The notes under the pieces: model-generated
The model's input: the letters and a program-made list of their open reading frames with translations, nothing else
Told to the model about the DNA's origin: nothing
Database searches by the model: none
Made by a program: the position numbers and the translations under genes
Virus record (IMG/VR): IMGVR_UViG_3300012667_000247
Span: 1 to 31,384 of that record
Reading direction: 5' to 3' (one strand)
Length of the DNA stretch: 31,384 bases
DNA from: a virus
Taxonomy: Duplodnaviria > Caudoviricetes
Shown: positions 1 through 10,100 of the stretch, piece after piece
Numbering within the stretch: position 1 is the first letter of the stretch
Layout: every line of letters starts with the position of its first letter

Positions 1-55
1 AAATACAATACAATTCAATGATTGAGGTTGCGCCCGAATTGGTGTGCCACATTAA
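1..55. repeat. Terminal direct repeat, left copy (circular assembly overlap)
   Basis: 1-55 is identical to 31330-31384, and the portal ORF is continuous across it, giving a circular genome of 31329 bp. Confidence 0.95.
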
Positions 56-797
56 AGACTTTAATCCGGATTACGACAGCAGCGGTTCAAACCTGTATGG
101 CCAATCCCCTTTGCGGGCCGGCCTTCGTGTTTTATCGGCCAACAACGAAGCCGTGACCACCGGATTAAAATATTTACAGAATCAAACATCACGTGGTATG
201 TTGATTTCAAAGGATGGAAATTTGACTGAGGTTCAGGCGCAGGCATTAAAAGACAAATTCAGAAATAATTATCAGGGTGCAACAAATGCGGGAGATGTGA
301 TTATCACACCAAAAGATTTGAGTTGGGTTAATTTTGGTTTATCAGCATCAGATTTGTCATTGATTGAACAATACAATGGAACGGTGAAGGATTTGTGTAA
401 TATCTACAATATCCCGGTTCAGTTGCTAAACAATACAGATGCCTCCACATACAACAATATGAAGGAGGCCAAAAAAGCATTGTATCAAAATGCGGTGATT
501 CCTGAATTGATTAAAATTCGTGATGAATTGAATCGTTGGTTAGCACCGAAATTTGGCAAAGAATATTTCATTGATTTCGATTTCACGGTGATCAGCGAAA
601 TGCAGGAGGAAGTTGATAAACTTGTTTCGCAGTTGGCAAATGCGTGGTGGGTTACACCAAACGAGAAACGTGATGCAATGAATTACGCAGTTGACACAGA
701 AAATGCGTTCATGGATGATTATTTCATCCCGGCTAATTTAATGGCACAGAATCCAACAATACCGGCATTGGAAAACCCTAAGCCATTAAACGTTTAG
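18..797 (+). CDS. Portal protein, HK97 family (C-terminal part; gene starts at 30759 and crosses the junction, ~455 aa in total)
   Basis: Portal motifs (LYGQSPL, GATNAG, LCNIYNIPVQLL, STYNN, TPNEKR). In frame with ATG 30759 and follows TerL. Confidence 0.93.
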   Translation: MIEVAPELVCHIKDFNPDYDSSGSNLYGQSPLRAGLRVLSANNEAVTTGLKYLQNQTSRGMLISKDGNLTEVQAQALKDKFRNNYQGATNAGDVIITPKDLSWVNFGLSASDLSLIEQYNGTVKDLCNIYNIPVQLLNNTDASTYNNMKEAKKALYQNAVIPELIKIRDELNRWLAPKFGKEYFIDFDFTVISEMQEEVDKLVSQLANAWWVTPNEKRDAMNYAVDTENAFMDDYFIPANLMAQNPTIPALENPKPLNV

Positions 798-800
798 TTT

Positions 801-1856
801 ATGCCGTTGCCAAATCCTAATCAGGGCGAAAGCCAAAATGATTTCATGGCACGTTGTGTGATTGATCCGAATATCATTAGTGAATTTGGATCAATTGAAC
901 AGCGTGTTGCCGTGTGTAGTTCATTATATGAGCCACCAAAGCAGGAAACAAAGGCGCAGGAGAATTGGGCAGATGAATTTGAAAGTGAGTTGACCAAAGC
1001 GGAACGCACATCAATTCGTGATTTTATTGAGTTTTACAAGGCTGAATACAATGATGCCATTGACCTATTTTTGAAGGTTAAGCAGATGACACCGGCCACA
1101 GCACAGGGATTTTTTCAGGATGCCAAATACATTGATATGTATTCAGGGATGTATTCCAAAATCGGTTTGAGGTTTGCCAATTGGTATTCGAAAAACGTGC
1201 AGAAATATATGCCAAAAGCCGATCCGGGCAATATGCAATCCATTTGGGCGAATGCGTTTGCGTTTATGGGGCAACAGGTCGCAGGACAACGGGTGACAAT
1301 GGTATCATCCACAGCACAGGCAACATTGACAAATACAATCAGGCAGTTCATGGCCGATCCAATTTTTATGTCAGCCGGAGAGGCGGTACAATCAAAGATG
1401 TTGCGCAAAAAATTCGATGGTTTAGCGGATTATCAGGCACGCAGGATTGTCAGAACGGAATCCACAAACGCAGCAAATTATGCAACGGAACAAGCGGCAT
1501 TGAATTTGTTTGCCGGGCAGGACATGACAAAGACATGGAAATCAGGATTTGATGCAAGGGTAAGAGATGCACACCGTGTGGCCAACAATCAGGTTGTTCC
1601 ATTTAATGGCAAATTTTCGGTTGGTGGCGAATCACTACAAAGACCGGGCGATCCTAATGGATCAGCATCAAACGTGATCAATTGCCGTTGTTCAATGATT
1701 GTATTGCCAAATGCAAATGCAAATACAATTGGGAAGCCAATTACAGACATCGGGTTTGGAATAGCACAGGCAACCGTGATTGATGCAATCAACAGCGCAG
1801 AAATCATTTCGGGGGCAACAGGGGCGATTGTGGCGGTTGAAAATATTGATGGTTAA
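801..1856 (+). CDS. Head morphogenesis protein, MuF/SPP1 gp7 family
   Basis: ARRIVRTE...KTW....DARVRDAH...PGDP....VINCRC signature; lies between portal and protease. Confidence 0.88.
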   Translation: MPLPNPNQGESQNDFMARCVIDPNIISEFGSIEQRVAVCSSLYEPPKQETKAQENWADEFESELTKAERTSIRDFIEFYKAEYNDAIDLFLKVKQMTPATAQGFFQDAKYIDMYSGMYSKIGLRFANWYSKNVQKYMPKADPGNMQSIWANAFAFMGQQVAGQRVTMVSSTAQATLTNTIRQFMADPIFMSAGEAVQSKMLRKKFDGLADYQARRIVRTESTNAANYATEQAALNLFAGQDMTKTWKSGFDARVRDAHRVANNQVVPFNGKFSVGGESLQRPGDPNGSASNVINCRCSMIVLPNANANTIGKPITDIGFGIAQATVIDAINSAEIISGATGAIVAVENIDG

Positions 1857-1872
1857 AATTAATTTTTACATT

Positions 1873-1904
1873 GGTTTTTCTAATTAGCTATTTGGCTAAT
1901 TTTG
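1873..1904 (+). promoter_or_regulatory. Putative late promoter/operator for the protease-capsid operon
   Basis: TAATTTTG (1897-1904) fits the Bacteroidota -7 box TAnnTTTG. It is overlapped by the inverted repeat AATTAGC-N6-GCTAATT and is 28/32 identical to 19002-19033. Confidence 0.65.
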
Positions 1905-1919
1905 GGCAAAAGATAGATT

Positions 1920-2603
1920 ATGATTTACAAACAGACATCCATTGGAATTGATGACATTGATGAGGCAAACGGCATTGTGTCGGGTTATGGTTCGATTTTT
2001 GGCAACATTGATTCGGACAATGACATTATTTTACCGGGTGCATATACAAAAACACTATCTGAAAACGGTTCACGTGTTAGATATTGTAATCAACACCGGA
2101 TTGATCAACCCTTAGGTAAATTTACCGAATTGCGTGAGGATGGCACAGGATTGTATTTTGTTGCGGAAGTTCCAAAAACAAGAATGGGTGAGGATATTTT
2201 ATTGTTAATGAAAAACGGTGTGATCACCGAAAATTCAGTTGGTATTATGCCAATCGTAAAGAATTACAGACAGGATGGAGTGCGTGAATTAAAAGAGGTG
2301 AAGTTGTACGAAATTTCGTGCGTTACATTAGCCGCAAACCCGATGGCATTGATAACAGATGCAAAGGGAGAAATCAATCAGGATTTATTGGCAAAACGTT
2401 TTGATGTTTTAGCCAAAATGATCAAAAAAGAAAACGTGTCCGATGAATTGGGGTACGCAATTGAGGGTGAGTTGATGAAATTAAAATCATTGTTTATCGA
2501 TGTTACCACACGGCCGGCTATTGATGCCACCGTGCCGGAAGTTAAACAGATGGAGATTTCCGAAATATTTTCATATTTAAACAATCAAATTAAGTCAAAA
2601 TAA
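1920..2603 (+). CDS. Prohead protease, HK97 family
   Basis: GYGSIFGNIDSDNDII.PGAY, QH, SVG, LYEISCVTLAANP motifs; directly upstream of the capsid gene. Confidence 0.93.
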   Translation: MIYKQTSIGIDDIDEANGIVSGYGSIFGNIDSDNDIILPGAYTKTLSENGSRVRYCNQHRIDQPLGKFTELREDGTGLYFVAEVPKTRMGEDILLLMKNGVITENSVGIMPIVKNYRQDGVRELKEVKLYEISCVTLAANPMALITDAKGEINQDLLAKRFDVLAKMIKKENVSDELGYAIEGELMKLKSLFIDVTTRPAIDATVPEVKQMEISEIFSYLNNQIKSK

Positions 2604-2604
2604 G

Positions 2605-3801
2605 ATGACAGAAGAAATCAAAAAGCAATTAGATGAATTAAATTCAGCTATTGACAGCCGTATTGCGAAAGCAGAAGGGCAAGCAGTTGCATCAGCAACA
2701 GGCAAAGCGGATGAATTATTAAAGTCCGAAATCAAGAATTTAGAAACTAAATTCACAGAAATTCATGGCCGTTTAGATGCAGCAGAAGTTGCAGCAAAGA
2801 AAACAGCAACGGGAGCAAATTCTCAATCATTCAAACAATCTTTGATTGAAGGTATCACAAAAGGTGGTTTAGAGGGATTAATCAACGGATCTAGCCGTGC
2901 GGCTAAATTCGAGATCAAGGCAGGTGATATGACTGTTGCGGCTAACTTCACGGGTGAGGTTATCCCTGCACAATACGTACCGGGCATCAAGTATGATCCA
3001 ACACGTCCTGTACACGTTCGTCAATTATTGGCACAAGGTTCAACAACATCTGAGGTTGTACGTTATGTACGTGAATCAGCATATGACAACGGAGCAGCGC
3101 CAACGGCACAAGGTTCAACATTGCCTGAATCAGATTTCGATTTGACAGCATACAGCGCAAACGTTGAGAAAGTAGGTACATATTTCCGTATTTCTGAGGA
3201 AATGTTAGCAGATACCCCACAATTGACATCATATTTGGCAGCACGTGCGCCTGAGAAATTGTTAACTGTTGAGGATGCGCAATTACTTTATGGTAATGGA
3301 ACATCACCAAACATTTCAGGTATTTCAACATCAGGATCAACAGCGTTCGCAGCAGGTGCATTTGCTGATGCAATCACAGCGGCAAACCAATTCGATGTTT
3401 TAACGGTAGCAATCAACCAATTAGCATTGGTTAATTACCGTCCTGATTACATCATGTTAAACCCAACAGATTTTGCTAAAATCTTATTGTTGAAGTCAAC
3501 AACAAATGAGTATTTGAAAGATCAGGTTTATGCAGGTTTACAGCCTCAATTCTTAGGGATTCCGGTAGTTCAAAACACAGCAGTGACAGCAGGTTCATAC
3601 ATGGTTGGTAATTTCGCAATGGCTACTCAATTATGGGTACGTGAAAACTTATCATTAGAGTTTTTCCGTGAAGATGGAACAAACGTTCGTGATGGTTTCG
3701 TAACTGTTCGTTTACAGGAGCGTATTGCATTAACTAACTACGCACCATTAGCAATCGTTAAGGGTGTATTTGCAACGGACATCGCTGCAATCGGGGTTTA
3801 G
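2605..3801 (+). CDS. Major capsid protein, HK97 fold
   Basis: N-terminal coiled-coil delta domain; ISEEMLAD, EDAQLLYGNG, MLNPTD, LGIPVV motifs; followed by a terminator. Confidence 0.95.
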   Translation: MTEEIKKQLDELNSAIDSRIAKAEGQAVASATGKADELLKSEIKNLETKFTEIHGRLDAAEVAAKKTATGANSQSFKQSLIEGITKGGLEGLINGSSRAAKFEIKAGDMTVAANFTGEVIPAQYVPGIKYDPTRPVHVRQLLAQGSTTSEVVRYVRESAYDNGAAPTAQGSTLPESDFDLTAYSANVEKVGTYFRISEEMLADTPQLTSYLAARAPEKLLTVEDAQLLYGNGTSPNISGISTSGSTAFAAGAFADAITAANQFDVLTVAINQLALVNYRPDYIMLNPTDFAKILLLKSTTNEYLKDQVYAGLQPQFLGIPVVQNTAVTAGSYMVGNFAMATQLWVRENLSLEFFREDGTNVRDGFVTVRLQERIALTNYAPLAIVKGVFATDIAAIGV

Positions 3802-3821
3802 TTTTAATACAATTCCAAATT

Positions 3822-3859
3822 AAGAGAGGCCACCTAAATATTGGGTGGCTTTTCTTTTT
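3822..3859 (+). terminator. Rho-independent terminator after the capsid gene
   Basis: Stem AAGAGAGGCCACCTAA / TTGGGTGGCTTTTCTT followed by a T tract. Confidence 0.8.
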
Positions 3860-3866
3860 ATATTTG
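3859..3866 (+). promoter_or_regulatory. Bacteroidota-type -7 promoter box TATATTTG
   Basis: Exact TAnnTTTG immediately after the terminator, ~20 nt before ATG 3886. Confidence 0.6.
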
Positions 3867-3885
3867 TTCAAAAAATAGCACAATT

Positions 3886-4137
3886 ATGGGCAAAGTTTTA
3901 ATGAAAAAAACCGTTTTTGATAATAAAAGCGGATACCATAGGGCCGGTGAATTTGTAATTTTATCGGCAGATGTTGAAAGACATTATTTAGCAAATAATT
4001 TTGCAACAAAGGTTGATGATCAGCCGGAAGTTGTTGCACCTGTTGTGGAGTCCATAGAGGTTGAAACAAAGGAGGAAAAAATAGTTTACAAGACAAAGGG
4101 CAACAAAGCAAAAAAGGATGCGGCAGATCAAGATTAA
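3886..4137 (+). CDS. Small hypothetical protein, head-associated by position (83 aa)
   Basis: ATG 3886 preferred over TTG 3841, which lies inside the terminator. Lys-rich tail; sits between capsid and connector. Confidence 0.7.
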   Translation: MGKVLMKKTVFDNKSGYHRAGEFVILSADVERHYLANNFATKVDDQPEVVAPVVESIEVETKEEKIVYKTKGNKAKKDAADQD

Positions 4138-4627
4138 CAATGTAATTGGAACACCAATTATTTCACGCACGGAGGCAAAGAATTACATCCGTATCGATAC
4201 AACCGCAGATGATGAGTTGATTGATATGATGATTGAGGCAGCACATACAGCGGCCGAAAATTATATGAGCCGGGATATTATTGCAAAGGAGCGAACATAT
4301 TATTTAGATGAATCCACAACAGGTTTCATCGATGTTCCTTTTGGCCCTGTTGAATCAGTTGATGATGTGACCGTTAAAGGTATTTCCGTTTCATTTTCTG
4401 TTTATGGATTAGGTGATCCAATGGTGGAAATTGAGCCATTAGGAACAAACATCAGAATCATTTTTGTCACATCAGGAATGAGTGATGGTTTATTGAAACA
4501 GGCATTGTTGATGATGGTTTCTACATATTACGACAATCGCACAGATTTCGTGACAGGAATGACCGTGAATGAAGTTCCAAGCGCATCCGCTAAATTATTG
4601 GATGGCATCAAATCTGTATTTATCTAA
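4118..4627 (+). CDS. Head-tail connector (HK97 gp6-like)
   Basis: EAKNYIRID...DDELI..MI.AA...AE.Y at the N-terminus and LKQALLMMVSTYYDNR at the C-terminus. Confidence 0.88.
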   Translation: MRQIKINNVIGTPIISRTEAKNYIRIDTTADDELIDMMIEAAHTAAENYMSRDIIAKERTYYLDESTTGFIDVPFGPVESVDDVTVKGISVSFSVYGLGDPMVEIEPLGTNIRIIFVTSGMSDGLLKQALLMMVSTYYDNRTDFVTGMTVNEVPSASAKLLDGIKSVFI

Positions 4628-4971
4628 TGGCATCAGGCAACACAGCATCTTTATTGAAACAACGCATTCTGATTAAACGGATGGCCAAATCCGATGATGG
4701 ATATGGTGGCACAACACCGGGTGGATATGTGACCATTGATACCGTATGGTGCAGGGTGCAGGAAACCAAAGGGCCTATTGATGAAAGGATGGGAATTAGA
4801 TTGAAGTCAACGGAGATTGAAATCACGATTCGTAAGGAAACAGCCGATTTGATCGCCAATGAGGATGTTTTGCAGGTTGAAGGTTATCCGGCTAATTATC
4901 GGATCAATTCAGGATTCCAAACGTTTGAGAATTTTTGGGTAAAGATGACAGCCACCAAAATTGAGGGGTAA
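4627..4971 (+). CDS. Head closure / head-tail adaptor protein
   Basis: L..RI.I......DGYGG......TVW..V motif; synteny. Confidence 0.8.
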   Translation: MASGNTASLLKQRILIKRMAKSDDGYGGTTPGGYVTIDTVWCRVQETKGPIDERMGIRLKSTEIEITIRKETADLIANEDVLQVEGYPANYRINSGFQTFENFWVKMTATKIEG

Positions 4972-5414
4972 TGATTAAAATAAAGGTTGATTCAAAGCAG
5001 ATTTTAATGTTGCAAAAGCAAATCCAAGATTTGAAATATTTTGCAGGACAGGAATTGTCTAATGAATTGACCACAACGGCAGCAAAGGCGGTGGCACGGA
5101 TGAAATCAACAGCACCACACGACACCGGAAATTTGAAAAAAACGATTTATTTTGAAAGACAGAATGAATCAAACGTTGTGATTGCCGCACCTGCACCCTA
5201 TGCGCCATACGTGGAATTTGGCACAGGTCGTGGTGTAACATTGAAATTTTTGCAGGAAGCCGGATTTCCTGCATCATATGCGGCACAATTTAAAGGCAAA
5301 GGAATCAAGAAACAAGCAATGTATGCCCGACCATTTTTTTTCCCTGCAATCCGGACTGAATTGAGATTACTGAATGTACGATTGTACCAAAAATTAAAAC
5401 AATTGACTAAATAA
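4971..5414 (+). CDS. HK97 gp10-like tail completion protein
   Basis: AP.DTGNLK..I, YAPYVEFGT, ARPFFFPA motifs. Confidence 0.85.
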   Translation: MIKIKVDSKQILMLQKQIQDLKYFAGQELSNELTTTAAKAVARMKSTAPHDTGNLKKTIYFERQNESNVVIAAPAPYAPYVEFGTGRGVTLKFLQEAGFPASYAAQFKGKGIKKQAMYARPFFFPAIRTELRLLNVRLYQKLKQLTK

Positions 5415-5854
5415 TGTTAGAACCGATTCAATTTATCCGTAAGGCGATCATTACACGTTTGACCAATAATGTGGTGATTGGTGGTGTGACATTTGGTGTT
5501 TATAACCGTGTGCCATCATCGGCATCGTTTCCGTACATTTTAGTGTATTCTGTTTCATCAGATGAAACTGATTTCAATCAGACATCGTATATCACTGAAA
5601 CAATCACCCGTATTGAAGTGGTGACACGTTTTCAATCGGATTCAGGTGGTGAAATTATAGCCAATCAGGCAATCAATAGAATTTTAGAATTAATTAGAAC
5701 ACGATCAAATGGATATTTTGATTTATCTGCGGATGGATTCAATGTATTTACGTGCGTGAAAGAATCATCAACGTATATTGTGGATGATGAAGCCGATCAC
5801 ACGTATTTTCGTGGCATTGTAGAAATAAGCAACAAAATCCAACAAACAGCATAA
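5414..5854 (+). CDS. Tail terminator-like protein (DUF3168-like)
   Basis: VYNRVP..ASFPYI motif; size and position after the gp10-like gene. Confidence 0.75.
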   Translation: MLEPIQFIRKAIITRLTNNVVIGGVTFGVYNRVPSSASFPYILVYSVSSDETDFNQTSYITETITRIEVVTRFQSDSGGEIIANQAINRILELIRTRSNGYFDLSADGFNVFTCVKESSTYIVDDEADHTYFRGIVEISNKIQQTA

Positions 5855-5855
5855 A

Positions 5856-6143
5856 ATGGAAACAAGGGATGCCATCATCGGTCTTGCATCATCAACAATC
5901 ACGGCATTAATATCATGGATATTAGGTAAGCGAAAAGAAAATGCGGACATCAGTACAATACAATTAGAAAATTCGCAACGTGTGATTGATATGGTTACCC
6001 AAATGAATGAAAAGTTGGAGGCAAAGGTTGATCAATTGAGCAAAAAAGTTGATGAATTAACCGTTGAAATCGAAAGCCTACGTGAAGAAAACCACAATTT
6101 GAAGTTGGGAAAACCGGCTAAAAAGAAGGCCGAAAACGAATAA
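5856..6143 (+). CDS. Putative holin or lysis-associated membrane protein
   Basis: One N-terminal hydrophobic helix plus a coiled coil; its stop overlaps the endolysin start. Confidence 0.55.
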   Translation: METRDAIIGLASSTITALISWILGKRKENADISTIQLENSQRVIDMVTQMNEKLEAKVDQLSKKVDELTVEIESLREENHNLKLGKPAKKKAENE

Positions 6144-6628
6144 TGAAAGATCAAAAGACATTGGATCGGATTCAATTGATGCACCCTAAATTACGTGCTG
6201 AGGTTGGAATCATTTACGATGAAATCTGCGGTGCATTAAGAGGCAAAGCATTTTGCAGATTTAGTTACACATTACGTACATCCAAAGAGCAGGATGAATT
6301 GTATGCACAAGGCCGAACAAAGCCGGGCGCAAAGGTTACAAATGCAAAAGGTGGTTATTCGTTTCACAATTACGGATTAGCATTGGATATTGTTTTAATT
6401 GATGGCGCATCAGCATCATGGGATGTTAAAAAGGATTTTGATGGCGATGGCAAAGCAGATTGGATGGAGGTTGTGGCCATATTCAAAAAGTACGGATGGG
6501 AATGGGGTGGTGATTGGAAATTTGTTGATGCGCCACATTTTCAAAAAGCATTTGGCAAAAAGATTTCGGATTTGTTAGCATTAAAGAATGCCAAAAAAGT
6601 TGATTCACAGGGGTATGTGATTTTGTAG
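6143..6628 (+). CDS. Endolysin, peptidase M15 family (L-Ala-D-Glu peptidase-like)
   Basis: LRT..EQDELYAQGRT, SFHNYGLALD, WGGDW..DAPHFQ zinc-peptidase motifs. Confidence 0.92.
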   Translation: MKDQKTLDRIQLMHPKLRAEVGIIYDEICGALRGKAFCRFSYTLRTSKEQDELYAQGRTKPGAKVTNAKGGYSFHNYGLALDIVLIDGASASWDVKKDFDGDGKADWMEVVAIFKKYGWEWGGDWKFVDAPHFQKAFGKKISDLLALKNAKKVDSQGYVIL

Positions 6629-6707
6629 GATATATTCAACATTAATGGCATAATTCCCCAATAATGCACAATATAATCAACATTATTTGCCCAATTTATA
6701 ATCTAAA

Positions 6708-7157
6708 ATGAAAAAATACCTAATCATCGCCATCGTACTGTTTGCAAGTTGCAAACCATCAAAGACAATCATCAAAGAATCAACCGTTGTAAAATACGAC
6801 ACAATCCACACATCGGATGTGATTTACAAAACACAGGCGGTTCACGATTCAATCATCATTGAAAATCCGTGCGATTCTGCGGGCATTTTAACGGCCTTTT
6901 ATTCAAAATTTGTAATACCACAAGGCACAATCACATTGCGTTCAACACGTGGCAGAATTGAGGCCAAAATTGACATTGATTCAATAGAATCTGTGTACAA
7001 ATCCAAATACCAATTGTCAAAATCGGACAATGTTAGAATTTCGAACAAAGAGGTAATCAAAAATGTTGTTCCTGCGTGGGCCATTATTACCATCTTTTTT
7101 GAATCGGTCATCATTATCGGATACGTGTTTTATAAAATGAGGCTGATTATTTTTTAA
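6708..7157 (+). CDS. Putative unimolecular spanin (u-spanin)
   Basis: Lipoprotein signal MKKYLIIAIVLFASC and a C-terminal transmembrane helix; follows the endolysin. Confidence 0.7.
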   Translation: MKKYLIIAIVLFASCKPSKTIIKESTVVKYDTIHTSDVIYKTQAVHDSIIIENPCDSAGILTAFYSKFVIPQGTITLRSTRGRIEAKIDIDSIESVYKSKYQLSKSDNVRISNKEVIKNVVPAWAIITIFFESVIIIGYVFYKMRLIIF

Positions 7158-7183
7158 CTTGCAATAAAATAAGCAGGTAGAAA

Positions 7184-10100
7184 ATGGCATCATTAACCGG
7201 TCAATTAGTAGCGGAAACATACAAAGCATTGTTGAAAGTCATTGACAATGACATCATAACAGCAAGCGAAAAGCAAATCACCGATGGTTTAGGCGGTGGA
7301 TCAAACGTTTTCATTGATTCGCAAGGCTTTTTGAGAGCCAACAAATACAAGGTGACTAATGGATTAGCCACACAATTTTTGAAGGCTGATGGATCATTGG
7401 ACACCAATACATATTTGACATCAATCACAGGTGCGCAGGTCATTACGGCATTAGGATTCACACCTGTTCCAACGACACGGACAATCACAATCAATGGGGA
7501 AACACACAATTTAGCTGCGGATAATACGTGGACAATTGGTGGAACTGCTGCAATTTGGGGAAACATCACCGGTACATTAAGCAATCAAACTGATTTGCAG
7601 AATGCGTTGAATGCCAAATTTGATGATCCAACCGGTACGATTTCACAATACATTCGTGGAGATGGTTCAATCGCCAATTTCCCGACAATTGCAGGTGGTT
7701 TGCCAACAGGAGGAACAGCAGGTCAAATATTATCCAAAATTGATTCAACCGATTACAATGCCCATTGGATTGATAATTACGCAACACAGACCAAAAATGA
7801 GGTCAAATTAGGGGCTACATTGGCCAAAGGTGCAGCGGTTTACGTTTCATCAGCCAATGGAACAAATATGATTGTTTCGGCTGCATCAAATACAAGTGAA
7901 GCGACATCATCAAAAACGTTTGGTTTGCTTGAAACAGGTGGTGTGACTAATGATCAGGTTAAATGTGTAACATTTGGTTTGATTGCAGGATTGGACACAT
8001 CAGCAGCATCAGCCGGTGATCCGGTTTGGTTGGGTGTTAATGGTGCATTGATTTTTGGTTTAGCTAACAAACCTGTTGCACCTGCACATATGGTTTACAT
8101 TGGTGTTGTGACACGTGTACAATCAAATAATGGTGAAATCTTTGTAAACGTTCAAAATGGGTTTGAAATTGAAGAATTGCACGATGTTTTAATCCAATCA
8201 AAAGTCAATAATCAGGGATTATTTTACGAATCATCCACAGGATTATGGAAAAATAAGAGCATCGCAACGGTGTTAGGTTATACACCACAGGCGCAGTTGG
8301 ATGGGACAGGGTTTGTAAAAGCATCAGGCACGACAATATCGTATGACAATTCAACGTATTTGACCACAGCGGATGCAGCAAGCACATATTTGGCATTGAC
8401 CGGTGGCACGTTATCAGGTAATTTGACAATTTCAAGTGCAAACCCGAAATTGTTATTAACGGATACGGATAATAATCCTGATTATTCGATTCAGAATTAC
8501 AACGGAACGTTCAAAATATCTGATGAAACAAATTCGGCAGACAGATTTTTCATTTATTCAACAGGGATTGGATATTACAATGGAGATTTCAAAGCCAATA
8601 AATTATTTGTTGAGGGTGGATTATCAACGCAATTCATCAAGGGTGATGGCACATTGGATACAAACACCTATTTGACAGCAACATCATTGGATAGTTATTT
8701 GGCCAAAGCAGGCGGAACAATGACCGGTGATTTGAATTTTTACACCTTAAAAACAACACGTGTTGGCGGAAACGCATACATTCGTGGTAATTGGGAAGGC
8801 ACATATTGGGGATTAGGAGCAGCGGCAACAGGCCACACAATTATCATTGATCAGGTTGATTTCAGTACAGGTGCATATGAAAGCATCACAGATGTCAATT
8901 TGATGTTGGGTACACGTACCGTTGTTCATTCCGGAAACGTAGCAACCTACGCATTGCCAATTACAGGTGGAACGGTTACCGGATCAATCACAGCGACATC
9001 ATTTGTTAAATCAGGCGGAACATCAACACAATTCCTGATGGCCGATGGATCGGTGACAACGTTATCAAGTCCGGTGACAGGTTCGGGTTCAGCCGGATAC
9101 ATTCCTAAATGGACAACAGCGGCAAATATAGGATCATCATTAATTTATGATGATGGCACATCCATTGGTATTGCGTACACCACACCAAACAAGGGCGGAT
9201 ATGGCCGAACATTGACAGGTGCATCATTTGGTTCAGCATCATTTGGATTTGAGGCCGTAAGCAATACAACAACAAATGGTGGATTGATTGGTGGTTTGTC
9301 ATTTATTGTAAACCAAAATGATTCATCACGAATTGTTGGATCGGCAATTCAATCAAATTTGGTTGGAACAACGGCAACAAATTACGGTGCAGATTTAAGA
9401 TTCTTTGCAAAAGCAGATGGAGGTGTAATTGGCGAGATTGCCCGAATGACATCGGCAGGATTGCGAGTTTATGGCACAATTGTAAAAGACGGCGGAACGT
9501 CAAGTCAGTATTTGATGGCTGATGGATCAGTAACAACATTGACAGGAGTTGTAACAGGATCAGGCACATCAGGATATTTACCAAAATGGACATCAGCAAG
9601 CGCAGTTGGCAATAGTTTAATTTTCGATAATGGCACATCAATTGGAATAAATACAGTATCACCAAGTGCAACATTATCAATTTTATCAGGTGGTGATCAG
9701 TCAGCATTTACTGTTAGATCAAATTATGCAGGTAATTACAATATTTTTGAGGTAGCGCAGGAATCATCAGATGGAATTTTAAAAATGCGTTCTGCAAATG
9801 GAACACAAAGGATTCAAATTTCATCCGTTACAGGTGGATCAAGTCATTCATATATTAATAATGGAGGCAGATTAGGAGTTGGAACAAATGCACCCGGAAT
9901 GAAAGTTGATGCGTTTGGTGGTGCATCATTATCAGGAACATCATTTGGTGTAATAAGAGGCTGCCAAGATCAAACAGATTATAGGGGGGCAGCATTAGGA
10001 TATGATACAAGTGGACAAATTGGTGTTTTATATTCAGAATCTAATGGATCACCATCAAGTTTGGCATTTTGGACATATAGTGGATCGGCTTGGGGTGAAA

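Noticed and set aside
1700-1856. MuF polymorphic toxin C-terminal domain
   Set aside because: The extension is only ~50 aa, with no toxin motif and no downstream immunity ORF.
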